In this document: positions 48,160 to 57,480 of the stretch, piece after piece | Numbering within the stretch: position 1 is the first letter of the stretch | Layout of the letters: every line of letters starts with the position of its first letter | Source: Candidatus Latescibacterota bacterium | GTDB taxonomy: Bacteria > Latescibacterota > UBA2968 > SICM01 | Direction: 5' to 3' | DNA length: 64,000 bases | Assembly (NCBI GenBank): GCA_965217865.1 | Contig: CBDCJO010000002.1 | Location: 704,001-768,000, forward strand | Made by a program: the position numbers and the translations under genes | Notes under the pieces: generated by a model | Databases searched by the model: none | Told to the model about the DNA's origin: nothing | Seen by the model: the letters and a program-made list of their open reading frames with translations, nothing else

Positions 48160-49251
48160 CTAGAAATTCACCGATCCGGACACAATCTGGACCGCATCGA
48201 AGAATTTGTCGTTGAACCGCTTATAGGCGTAGTCGACGCTGACACCGCGCCCGTTCGGGGCGACGTAATCAAGTCCACCGCCCACGGAATAGGTTTCGGT
48301 GTCGTGGTTGAACCGGTAGCCCACACGCGCCGAAAACTTGATCGGCTGGTCCGGGGCCTGATAGGTATACTCACCGGCCACCAGCGGCCGCTCGTTCGCG
48401 TCGAACGGCTTCTCCACGTCGAAGTAGATCATCGCCTTCTGGTTTTCACGTGGATTTTCCGTCAACGCCAGAATGTCCGCGCTGAAGGCCATCGCCGCAC
48501 GACGCGGGGGCTCGAGCGCGTCCCCCTGGTAGTCCGTCGAACGGGCGAAGTTGTTCACGTTCAAGCCGATGGCGACGCTCCGGAAACCTGTGTTGAAGTA
48601 GGTCCCCAAGTCTATCGAATAGTTGGTCTTCTCGTTCTCGATGGTCGTCGGGTTGTTCAGCAGGTCCAGGATCCTGCCCGATCCCAGGTTCTGCCGGAAC
48701 ACCTTCACCGAGCCTCCGATCGAGAACCGGTCTGTGATCTTTCGGGCATATCCGCCAACGGCCATATATTCCTTGACCTTGAACGAAGTCGTCAGGTCGA
48801 AGCCCGAGTTGGAGGCCGAGTTGACGGCCGTCCCTTGGGCACTCCCGTTTTCCACGGACATAAACCCGAACCCGAAAGCGTTCACCCCGTCCACGTTGTA
48901 GACGAGCCCCCCGTGTTCGTACGTGATGTCCGCGATCCACTCCGTGTGTCCGCCGAACGCCTGACCGGTCTGGGCCTTCATGAAGGCCAGACCCGCCGGG
49001 TTCCAGAACAGCCCGTGGGCGTCTCCCGTCAACGTGGAGACCGCACCCGAGAGGGCGCCCGCACGGGCCCCCAAAGGATACGAGAGAAATTTGAAGCCTA
49101 CCCGCCCAACTCGCTCAAGGATCGCGACTGGATAGGTCGGGAAGTCATCCCCGGGAAGCGGTGCTTCGCGGCCTCTCGGGACTTGTCCCTCGGCGGTTCC
49201 GGTGCCGTTTAACAGCATGGCGGCCGCCATCAGACATAGCATCTTGCGCAT
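48160..49251 (-). CDS. PorV/PorQ-family outer-membrane beta-barrel
   Basis: Signal peptide; GFKFLSYPLGARAGALSGA...LFWNPAGLA; C-terminal F. Confidence 0.85.
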   Translation of the reverse strand: MRKMLCLMAAAMLLNGTGTAEGQVPRGREAPLPGDDFPTYPVAILERVGRVGFKFLSYPLGARAGALSGAVSTLTGDAHGLFWNPAGLAFMKAQTGQAFGGHTEWIADITYEHGGLVYNVDGVNAFGFGFMSVENGSAQGTAVNSASNSGFDLTTSFKVKEYMAVGGYARKITDRFSIGGSVKVFRQNLGSGRILDLLNNPTTIENEKTNYSIDLGTYFNTGFRSVAIGLNVNNFARSTDYQGDALEPPRRAAMAFSADILALTENPRENQKAMIYFDVEKPFDANERPLVAGEYTYQAPDQPIKFSARVGYRFNHDTETYSVGGGLDYVAPNGRGVSVDYAYKRFNDKFFDAVQIVSGSVNF

Positions 49252-49284
49252 GTTAATGCTCTCCTTATTAAACGCGTTCAGGCC

Positions 49285-51825
49285 TTACCGAACTATGACC
49301 AGCCTCAGCATTACGGTCTCTGTCGGATTGTCATCGTTCTGGATATGGCACAGGTAGAGGCCTGACGCCGGCCGCTGATTGTTGTCCGTTACCAGGTACC
49401 AGGATTCCTCACCGGTCCCGTCGGTGTGTTTGAGCGTGTTGATCAGATCTCCTCCGGTCGAGAAGATGTTGATCGTAGCCCGCGCCGGCAAGTTGATAAA
49501 CTTAACCGAGTTCTGGGCGTTGGTGTTGCCCGAGAAGAGGAACCCACCGTCCGACTCCTGTCCGCCCTGGCGGTTGTAGGGGTTCGGGACCACCACCACA
49601 GCGTTCACCCACGCAGTGGAAGGCCCACGAAGCGGAGCCACCGGATTCGTGGCAAGGGTCATCATCTGGGTACCTTCCCGTCCCTGCCCATCCACCGCTG
49701 CCACGGCGTAGTAGTAGTCCGTGCCGCGCTCCACTTTCGTGTCGTCATACGTCAGGCCCGTCACGTTCGCGACGAACCGGCGCTGCTTGCCGTAATCCAC
49801 GAAGGTCCGGTAGATGTTGTAGGAGGTCGCGCCCGGCGCCGCCTCCCAGGAGAGGATATTCTTTCCCGGGGCGCCCTGGTAATTGACCACGGCCGGATAC
49901 CCGATGAAGGTCGGATACTTCGGGCCGAAGAAGCCCGAAGCGATCCCAGCCGCCCAGACCTCCTTCACATCGGCCGCCTCTGCGTAGAGCGAGTCAAAGG
50001 CGCTGTTCAAATAGAAGTGCTTGTCGTGCTCGGTGAAGGCCTGGCCGGCCTTGGCCGAGAACGTGTCCTTCCATTGTGAAAAGGTCTGCAGGTGGTCCCA
50101 GCTGTCGAACAGGTCCGCGAACGTGTCCAGCTGGCTCCGCGTCAGCCAGGTCTTCTTCGCATACATCTGACCGAAGATCTGGTTGAGGGATCGATCGTTC
50201 CCCGCCGCCATAAACGCCATCGCGACGTGGACATATTGATTGAACGGAACGTCCCACGGACCGAAGTACTGGTAAAAATTCATCGTCACATCATCCCAGC
50301 CCTGGCTCGCCTTCGTGTAATCCAGGGATGAGTGGTCCAACCCGTCCTGCCACTTCCCGGCCGGTGCCTCTGTGATCGACTTGTTCGTCACCTGCCAATT
50401 CCCGGCCCATGAAGGTCGGTCTACCCAGGCGTTGTTCAGGTGCGTCCCGGTCCGGTCCGCTCGCGTGGGACCCGCTCTGTCGCCCCGCCGGAATTCGTAG
50501 GCCTCCTGGGGGCTCGAGTCCAGCGCCGACGCCCCTGCCGCTGTGCCCACCCGTATCGTATAGGGCTGCTCGCCTTCCGTGCCCTCGCCCGTCACGAGCC
50601 AGTTCGCGGCCAGGTTGGCCGCGTTCAGATCATTCGGGCTGTCCCGCGTCGGTGACGCGCGGTTCGCCACCGGGGTCTCGTCGATGTGAAGCGGCATGGT
50701 CCCGCCCGTATCCGCATCCGTAAACTCGCCAGGGGTCATCTTGCGGGGAATGAAATTCCACGCCGTCCACTGCGGACCCAACGACCAGATCTGGTCTCCC
50801 CGGTTCGGACGCGTCACCAGGTTCTCGTCATCCCCGTCGGTTCCCCAGAGGATCTTGTTGGTGTCATCGTAATTAAAGTGATCCTCACCCCGCGACCCGG
50901 TCTGGAACCCACCTTCGTAAAAACTCGCAGCCCCCTGATTCTTGGCCGCGATGTCGTAGACCGACAATCCCCCGGGAGCCCTATTCTCCCCGATCATCAT
51001 ACCGCCAAGTGTGGGCTCCTCGGCCGTGATCTCCGCCGGAACTACGGTCGATGCGTGCACCGCGGTCCCGCCCGAGCCCGGTGAGAAAAAGCCGTCCTGA
51101 CCCGGGAAAAGGGGCACACGGCCGGTGTACTGAACGGTCCAGGTCTGGATGACGTGGTCCGTGTAATCAGCCACGCCAGAACCGTAGAGCCAGGCGTCCA
51201 ACTCTGTGCCCGGACCATTGAGGACCCTGACGTAAGCCGCATCGTCCACCAGGAGGGCCGCATTCACGCGGTCTCCGTCCTCAGCGAAGAGGACCTGGTC
51301 CGCGGTCGACGGACGATGGGAAAACTGGCGAACCGTCCGGTCCCTGAATCCGGACCCGTCACCCGCATCCACGTTGACCGTCGGGGGCGTTTGCTTAAAT
51401 ATGTGGGTCACAATACCGCGACCCGCCAGCGGGTTGGGGGACTCGTTGATGTTCGTCCCACCCGTGGGTATCATCCCGGCCGGAGTTTCGACAACCCCGT
51501 AGTCCGTCGTTCCCTGAACTGACGTATCCCCCGGCCATTCGTCCGGGTAGCGATAGCTCTCCGCGATGATATCGTTGAAAAGGCTGCTCCCGTTCCAGAC
51601 GGCCATCTCGTAGTTCCCGAACGAAGACTGCATGTCGTCGTTCTCGGAGCTGTATCTTAGCCAGTTGATCGACGCGTCGCGGGTTAAGCCACCATTGCTC
51701 AACGCCAACCCGGCTCCTATGTAGGCGGACCCTACCCCCTTGGCCCATCGGTTCTGGGAGAGTGCCTCCTCCGGGAGCGCCGCCAGAGCAACAGCCATAA
51801 GCAACGCAATTATCACTCTATACAT
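49285..51825 (-). CDS. Secreted protein with FN3 and T9SS type-A-like C-terminal domain
   Basis: Signal peptide; SYNIYR...YYYAVAAVD; VVPNPY...FINLP...ASGLY...LVIVR. Confidence 0.8.
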   Translation of the reverse strand: MYRVIIALLMAVALAALPEEALSQNRWAKGVGSAYIGAGLALSNGGLTRDASINWLRYSSENDDMQSSFGNYEMAVWNGSSLFNDIIAESYRYPDEWPGDTSVQGTTDYGVVETPAGMIPTGGTNINESPNPLAGRGIVTHIFKQTPPTVNVDAGDGSGFRDRTVRQFSHRPSTADQVLFAEDGDRVNAALLVDDAAYVRVLNGPGTELDAWLYGSGVADYTDHVIQTWTVQYTGRVPLFPGQDGFFSPGSGGTAVHASTVVPAEITAEEPTLGGMMIGENRAPGGLSVYDIAAKNQGAASFYEGGFQTGSRGEDHFNYDDTNKILWGTDGDDENLVTRPNRGDQIWSLGPQWTAWNFIPRKMTPGEFTDADTGGTMPLHIDETPVANRASPTRDSPNDLNAANLAANWLVTGEGTEGEQPYTIRVGTAAGASALDSSPQEAYEFRRGDRAGPTRADRTGTHLNNAWVDRPSWAGNWQVTNKSITEAPAGKWQDGLDHSSLDYTKASQGWDDVTMNFYQYFGPWDVPFNQYVHVAMAFMAAGNDRSLNQIFGQMYAKKTWLTRSQLDTFADLFDSWDHLQTFSQWKDTFSAKAGQAFTEHDKHFYLNSAFDSLYAEAADVKEVWAAGIASGFFGPKYPTFIGYPAVVNYQGAPGKNILSWEAAPGATSYNIYRTFVDYGKQRRFVANVTGLTYDDTKVERGTDYYYAVAAVDGQGREGTQMMTLATNPVAPLRGPSTAWVNAVVVVPNPYNRQGGQESDGGFLFSGNTNAQNSVKFINLPARATINIFSTGGDLINTLKHTDGTGEESWYLVTDNNQRPASGLYLCHIQNDDNPTETVMLRLVIVR

Positions 51826-52004
51826 AGTTCCTCCTGTCAAAGACCTTATCCCCGGAGGCGCGGTGCGCCTCCGTGCCCCTCACCAAATCCGTGTGGCTTG
51901 GCGGGGGGGGACAGGGGCGCGGCTTCCCGCGGCCCCTGCCTCAAAGGCCTGTATCGATACACCGCCAGGGGCGCGGGCTTCCCCGCGCCCCTGGCAGGCA
52001 GTCT

Positions 52005-55000
52005 CTACAGATCGATCCTCACACCAAAGTGGACGTCCCGCTTGTTCGAGTAAGCCGTCCACCATCTCAGCGGCATGAAGTTGTTGAATTCGGTGTCACC
52101 CTCGGAGCCTAGGAAACTGCCGAAAGCTTGCCCTCTCCGGAGATGCTCTTCATACATCTTCTCCTTCCGGGCGTTTGCATTTGTGCGGACGATCCCCGAA
52201 CGCGGGTTCGTGAAGGAGGGACCCTGGCCCCCGAGCCGACCGTCCGTGTCGGACTGGAACATTTGCCCTGGACCGTTGGTTGCGAGCGGGAAAGGCCAGT
52301 CGAACAAGTTGCTGACGCTGAAGTAGAACGCCGGCCGGAAGTCGCCCACGATAAACTGCTTCGAAACATCCATGTTTATCCAGCGCTCCGAAATCCACCG
52401 CGCGTTCCGCTCGCCTCTCAGGTCCGGATCGGACGTCGGGTTGTAGTTGAAGCCCCCACCCCGCTTCCAGTAGTACTGGAACGACAGGTCCCAGCCGCCC
52501 AGGGCCGGGTTGTTCACATACCTGGAAGGCGAGTAGAGCGAAACGAAGGCCTTCGCCACCGGCCGGACGTCAACCCCGCCGGAACCCTCCACGTTCGCGC
52601 CGTCAAACCGGCCGGAGGCGTACAACCGGCCTTCCTTGAACGGGTTGACCGTCTGGTCGAAGCCCATTCCGCTGTAGTGGACCTGCTGGTTCTTCGCGAT
52701 CTCCAGGTTCATCGAGGTCGAACCGTTCCACCACTGGCCGCCCTGCCGCGCCAGCGACAGCTCGAAGCCCCGGAAGTCCGCCAGGTTGTTCTGGACATCC
52801 GGACGCCAGCCCGCAAAACGGCCCGGAGGCGCTCTGAAGCCGACGAACCGGGAGTAGTGGTCCCGGACGCTGTCCTTGAAGTAGACCACCCCCGTGAACT
52901 TAAACGAACCGGGCGTGCCCGTGAAGAACCCCTGCTCGTAGCCCAACTCATATTGCAGCACACGGAGCGCACGGTTATACGGGTTGCCGATGTAGACCGG
53001 TATGGTTCCCCCGCCTTCACCCTGGTAGAGCGCATACATCTCGAGCATGTTGGGTGCGCGGAAGAAATATCCGTAGTTGAAGTAAACCTTGCTCGTCACC
53101 GTGATCGGATACGACAGACCCAGACGCGGCGCAAGGTAGGCCTTCACCGGAGGCACCCGGCTCGGCTTGGTCTTCTCGACATCGAAGTTGGTGACGTCGT
53201 ATCCACCGCGACGCGTGTCACCCCAGAACCAGTTCGCCCTGGGATCTTGCGGGTCCCAGAAGTGGAAGTCTTCGTGCTTCGCATATTTGTCCCAATCCAA
53301 TCGGCCGCCCAAGAACACGACAAGCTGGTTGTACTCCATCTTGTCCTGCAGGAAGGCCGAACCGCTCCAGTGCTGGCGGTTCGCCATAAACTGGAACTCG
53401 TGACCCCAGACCGTCCCGTCGGCCTGGAAACCGTCCGAGAACTGGACCGACGCACCCCCCTTCACCTCGTGACGGCGCGCCAACTGCGTTGTAACCGCGA
53501 TGTTGAAGTCGGCCTGGCGAGACCATGTGCTGCCCGTGCGACGGTTGGCGTCGAAGTTGCCGATACCGTGGACGCCCAGGATGTCGCGGTTCGGACTGTT
53601 CGGATTGAGCCAACCGTTGGGGCCGTTGGTCATCGTCACTGCCCCGCGCTCCTGCTGCTCGTCGGCCCACGCCTGACGCTCCGGCGTATCCGGGTAGAAG
53701 GGGGATCCCCCGCTATCAGACTGCGAAAGAGGCGTATCGCTCGCAAGGCCGGAATACAGCTCAATGTGGCCGTCCGTGTGGACCGCAACGACACCCCGGC
53801 CGTCCATGATCGGCGCCTGTTGGTTCCTCTGCGCGACCCTCTGGCCTGTGAGGGATGCCTCGTAGAAGGTCCGGGCGCTCAACGCGTGCCGCCAGCTCGC
53901 ACCGAACTGCGTGTCCCTTCGCCGGTTGATGTTGGTCCCGTGCTTCCCCGCCCACAATTTGTTGTTCCCTCGGGTAAGGGGGGTCTGCGAACCGGACCAG
54001 TTCGTGCCCCTGAGCACGGTGTTGTCCGACGACCCGTTATTCCTTTCGTACCCGTTGTAGTTCCCGGTCGCCCGAATGAGCATCAGGGTCAGCTTCGTGT
54101 TCAGGGTGGGGGTGAACATCAACCGTGCCTGATGAAGCTTGCTTTCTGAGAACGGCTGGGCCGCGTAAGTGATGTACGGAATCCGCTCCTCACGGTAGGT
54201 GTAGAGGAAGTTCACGTAATTCCGGATGAGCGGACCGCCAACTGAAGCATCGATGGAGCGCGGCCAGGGAAGTTGGTCAGGGTCCAGGTTAAGCTGGCCC
54301 TGAGGGTCGTTCACCCCCGGGTTCGTCCCGTCGATGTACGTCGTCGAGTTTCCGTCCCACGACACCTGCCGGTGCTGGTATAGCCAGATAGCCCGTGCCT
54401 GTTCTTTCGTAAGCACGGATTGGCCCTCGAAGGTGTTCGTGCCCTCAGCGGTGGTCCGGGTGATCCAGTTGCTCCACCCCTCGAAGTCTTCGACTCCGTC
54501 CCCGTCCCGGTCCCCCGTACCGGTGTCGCTCAGATAACGCGTCGCCTGCCAGTAGTCCTCAGTGAAGGTGTCCGGCCCGTAGCGGCCGCCGCCGCCCGGC
54601 CTGCTCAGCCGCAGGTCCGCGCTCACCATCCACTCCTTCGGGTCCTTGCTCACGATGTTGACCACACCCGCACGGGCCTGGCCGTACTCCGGCATGAATC
54701 CGCCGGTCAGGACCTGGATCTCCTGCGTGGACGACTTGGCATATTGAGAGTATGGGTTCTGGTACATCCTCGGGTTGAACTTGACCCCGTCCTGGATGAA
54801 CGCGATATCCTGCTGCGTCTGGCCGCGGATCGTGATCCCCCAGGAGTTGAAGTCGACTCCCGGCAGCGTCCGCAGGAGGTCCGCGAGGCGTTGCGATGGA
54901 ATCGGCGTCTTCGTGATAAGATCCGAACCCAGGATCTGTTGCGTAAACGAGATGTCCGTCTCAACGACCGGACGCGTTCCCAACACCTCGATCTCTTCCA

Positions 55001-55358
55001 GCTCGATCGCCTCGACCGACATCTCAACGTTCACGGAAGCCGTACGGTCCGTAACGACCGGGACCGCGACCGTCTGCGTCGCATAGCCGACGATGCTGAT
55101 CTTCAAGGTGTGGGTCCCCGGGTGGAGCCCCAGGATGACATATTCGCCATCCGCATCCGTAATCGCTCCCAACCGGGTGCCTTCAACGGCAACGGTGGCC
55201 CCTGGAAGCGATTCCTTCGTCTTCGCGTCCAGGACCCGACCGGAAATCTTACCGGTGGTTGTGCCTTGCGCCGACAGGTCTGTCGCGCACCACGCAAACA
55301 GAACCATTACCGCAACGGCGAACGTCCACCACTTAAAACCGTATTGTCCAGAATTCAT
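52005..55358 (-). CDS. TonB-dependent receptor with N-terminal carboxypeptidase-regulatory-like domain
   Basis: GKISGRVLD...LPGATV; plug LPGV..IRG; TGGFMPEYGQARAGVVN; PRLGLSYP; VHFGVRIDL. Confidence 0.92.
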   Translation of the reverse strand: MNSGQYGFKWWTFAVAVMVLFAWCATDLSAQGTTTGKISGRVLDAKTKESLPGATVAVEGTRLGAITDADGEYVILGLHPGTHTLKISIVGYATQTVAVPVVTDRTASVNVEMSVEAIELEEIEVLGTRPVVETDISFTQQILGSDLITKTPIPSQRLADLLRTLPGVDFNSWGITIRGQTQQDIAFIQDGVKFNPRMYQNPYSQYAKSSTQEIQVLTGGFMPEYGQARAGVVNIVSKDPKEWMVSADLRLSRPGGGGRYGPDTFTEDYWQATRYLSDTGTGDRDGDGVEDFEGWSNWITRTTAEGTNTFEGQSVLTKEQARAIWLYQHRQVSWDGNSTTYIDGTNPGVNDPQGQLNLDPDQLPWPRSIDASVGGPLIRNYVNFLYTYREERIPYITYAAQPFSESKLHQARLMFTPTLNTKLTLMLIRATGNYNGYERNNGSSDNTVLRGTNWSGSQTPLTRGNNKLWAGKHGTNINRRRDTQFGASWRHALSARTFYEASLTGQRVAQRNQQAPIMDGRGVVAVHTDGHIELYSGLASDTPLSQSDSGGSPFYPDTPERQAWADEQQERGAVTMTNGPNGWLNPNSPNRDILGVHGIGNFDANRRTGSTWSRQADFNIAVTTQLARRHEVKGGASVQFSDGFQADGTVWGHEFQFMANRQHWSGSAFLQDKMEYNQLVVFLGGRLDWDKYAKHEDFHFWDPQDPRANWFWGDTRRGGYDVTNFDVEKTKPSRVPPVKAYLAPRLGLSYPITVTSKVYFNYGYFFRAPNMLEMYALYQGEGGGTIPVYIGNPYNRALRVLQYELGYEQGFFTGTPGSFKFTGVVYFKDSVRDHYSRFVGFRAPPGRFAGWRPDVQNNLADFRGFELSLARQGGQWWNGSTSMNLEIAKNQQVHYSGMGFDQTVNPFKEGRLYASGRFDGANVEGSGGVDVRPVAKAFVSLYSPSRYVNNPALGGWDLSFQYYWKRGGGFNYNPTSDPDLRGERNARWISERWINMDVSKQFIVGDFRPAFYFSVSNLFDWPFPLATNGPGQMFQSDTDGRLGGQGPSFTNPRSGIVRTNANARKEKMYEEHLRRGQAFGSFLGSEGDTEFNNFMPLRWWTAYSNKRDVHFGVRIDL

Positions 55359-55684
55359 ATGTTCGGATTCTCCGCTATTTTCGTGTGTGAATACTGCGGA
55401 TACTCCCGGCTGCTTCATCTTCCGCCACCCAAATCCTGAATCAGGAGATAAGCCGTATCTCCTGAACCCAGTTCCTTCGAAACGGCTGGCATCCCTCCTT
55501 TCGACATTGAATCTCTTAATTTTGCTGTGCTTTATATCCGGCTTTAACGTTACAGAATTCCCGGCTTGAATACCCTTCCTTTCTAAAAACCGACCACAGT
55601 TCGATCTCGCGCATCCCCCCTTTCGCTGTTGAAAAGTTGATGGTTAGATCGAATTATACTACGGGCGTATTTATCCCGCCTAAT

Positions 55685-55721
55685 CCTGTATAATATATAC
55701 AGGGCACTCAGGCCTTGTCAA
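55685..55721 (-). promoter_or_regulatory. Sigma70-type promoter with overlapping palindromic operator
   Basis: TTGACA-N18-TATATT; palindrome CCTGTATA-ATA-TATACAGG at 55685-55703. Confidence 0.65.
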
Positions 55722-55750
55722 GCTTTTTTCTCTGGAAAAGCCTGCTTTTT

Positions 55751-57094
55751 TTATAAACCAACTATTCTCGCCCCAGTATAATTCGAACGGGTGGTTCGCC
55801 CCAGGGATTCCTTCGGGTCGAGTTTCAGGGCGTGTCGGAGTTCCGACATCCCCTCTTCCTTTCGACCTCCGGCCAGCAGCGCCAGCCCCAGCTCCCGGTG
55901 TGCAGCGGCCCGATCCGCATCCAGGAGAACCGCCCGCCTCCCGGCGTCCTGGGCGGAATCAATCCGGCCCAGCCGGCGATAGACACCGGCGAGGAGCACC
56001 CACGTCTCGAGCGTCCCCGGGTCGAGCTCCGCCGCCCTCTGAAGCGATCGCATCGCCTCCACGGTCATTCCCACCGTAAAGAAGGCCGCCCCCAGATTGT
56101 GGTGCGCCGGTGCCATAACCGGATCCAGATGGATCGCCTCCTTGAACGCTGCGACGGCTTCGATATGCCTGCCGTATTGCGTGTTCAACACCCCGAGATT
56201 GTAAAGGAATGTCGCCCGATCTGAGATGTGCTCCGGATCTTCGGGGCTCTGCCGGATACCCTGACGGAAGGTCCTGGCCTGGCTCTGGTATGCGCTCAGG
56301 GACTCGAAGCGTTTCAGCGTTTGCCTGCCCGCTTCGGTCCGCCCCAGCCGCGTATAGGCGTTGCCAAGGCCGAAGAGCGCCTGCGTGTCTTCCGGATCGA
56401 GGTCCAGGGTCCGCTCGTAGGCCGTCGCGGCCTCCTCGAGACGGGCCAGCTGCAGAAAAAGGTCCCCCATGCCGCGATGGACTTCAGGTGAATCCGGGGC
56501 CAGCGTGACAGCCCGCTCATAGGCGGCGACGGCCGCGTCCCACTTCTGGATCTGGGTTAAGGCCCCGGCCAGCTCCCTCTGGGCGCGGCCATCCTCCGGT
56601 TCCAGCTCGGCCGCCCTTTGAAGGCTTTGCACCGCCTCCTCGTTCGCACCCAGAGCCATAAGCGCCATACCCAGGCTGTAGTGAAGCGGGGCCGCCTTCG
56701 GCAGGACGGAGATCCCCTTCCGAAAGACATCGGCCGCATCCTCATAACGGTTCGCCTGAACGCATACCGATCCCAGACTGACGTAAGCGGGGATCGATTC
56801 GGGCTGAAGCTCGACGACCCGGTTGAACGCATCGATGGCTTGATCGAGCCGATTGAGGCTCCGGTAGTAGGTCCCAAGATGATAGTGCGCCCCGACGAGA
56901 GAGGGGTCGAGGTCGATTGCCTTGCGGAAGGCCGTTGCGGCCGAGTCCATATTTCCGGAAGCGACCAGGGCAATTCCTTCCCGGAACCGGTTGACGGCTT
57001 CCTGTGATGGGGACGGTTCAAGGGCCTTTCCGGTTACAGGCAGGGATACCGTCAAGATAGTCAAGATTATTATAATGTTGGAGTTAGTTATCAT
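55751..57094 (-). CDS. Secreted TPR protein
   Basis: Signal MITNSNIIIILTILTVSL; about 11 34-aa TPRs. Confidence 0.85.
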   Translation of the reverse strand: MITNSNIIIILTILTVSLPVTGKALEPSPSQEAVNRFREGIALVASGNMDSAATAFRKAIDLDPSLVGAHYHLGTYYRSLNRLDQAIDAFNRVVELQPESIPAYVSLGSVCVQANRYEDAADVFRKGISVLPKAAPLHYSLGMALMALGANEEAVQSLQRAAELEPEDGRAQRELAGALTQIQKWDAAVAAYERAVTLAPDSPEVHRGMGDLFLQLARLEEAATAYERTLDLDPEDTQALFGLGNAYTRLGRTEAGRQTLKRFESLSAYQSQARTFRQGIRQSPEDPEHISDRATFLYNLGVLNTQYGRHIEAVAAFKEAIHLDPVMAPAHHNLGAAFFTVGMTVEAMRSLQRAAELDPGTLETWVLLAGVYRRLGRIDSAQDAGRRAVLLDADRAAAHRELGLALLAGGRKEEGMSELRHALKLDPKESLGRTTRSNYTGARIVGL

Positions 57095-57203
57095 TATAGA
57101 ATCCGTGATTCGTGATCGGAGAAGCCGGGGATCGTGATTTGTGACTCGTGATTCGGGGATCGGAGAACCCCGGATTTCAAGGTCTGGATATCCCCTTGGA
57201 TTC

Positions 57204-57312
57204 TGTGGGACCCGACTCCAGTCGGGGAATAAGGTCATTAGCAAACAGATGGTCCCTGGTAAAGGGATCCTGGCCCTCCAGAGCCAGTTCCCGGTCTGGA
57301 GACCGGTCCCAC
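57204..57312. repeat. REP-like inverted doublet
   Basis: GTGGGACCCGACTCCAGTCGGG ... CCGGTCTGGAGACCGGTCCCAC. Confidence 0.65.
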
Positions 57313-57480
57313 AACAACCTCTTTTGGCCACATAAAGCCAGGGATTTTAGGTTCTGGACTCATCCATTAGATTTATGGGACCCTGCTCCTTCAGTCGCCT
57401 TACGCCCCTTCAATAATTAGGTGATTGAGTAGATATTGGCACCAGCGTATTTTAATAATATTATATCCTGTATACCGGAA

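Noticed and set aside
30197-55439. Long plus-strand ORFs (e.g. 30197..32098, 33256..34620, 48007..49212, 52128..54149)
   Set aside because: Antisense shadows of GC-rich minus-strand genes, Arg/His/Pro-rich with no recognisable motifs.
55685-55703. LexA/SOS box
   Set aside because: CTGT...ACAG spacing is 9 nt rather than 8, and the downstream gene is a nutrient receptor.
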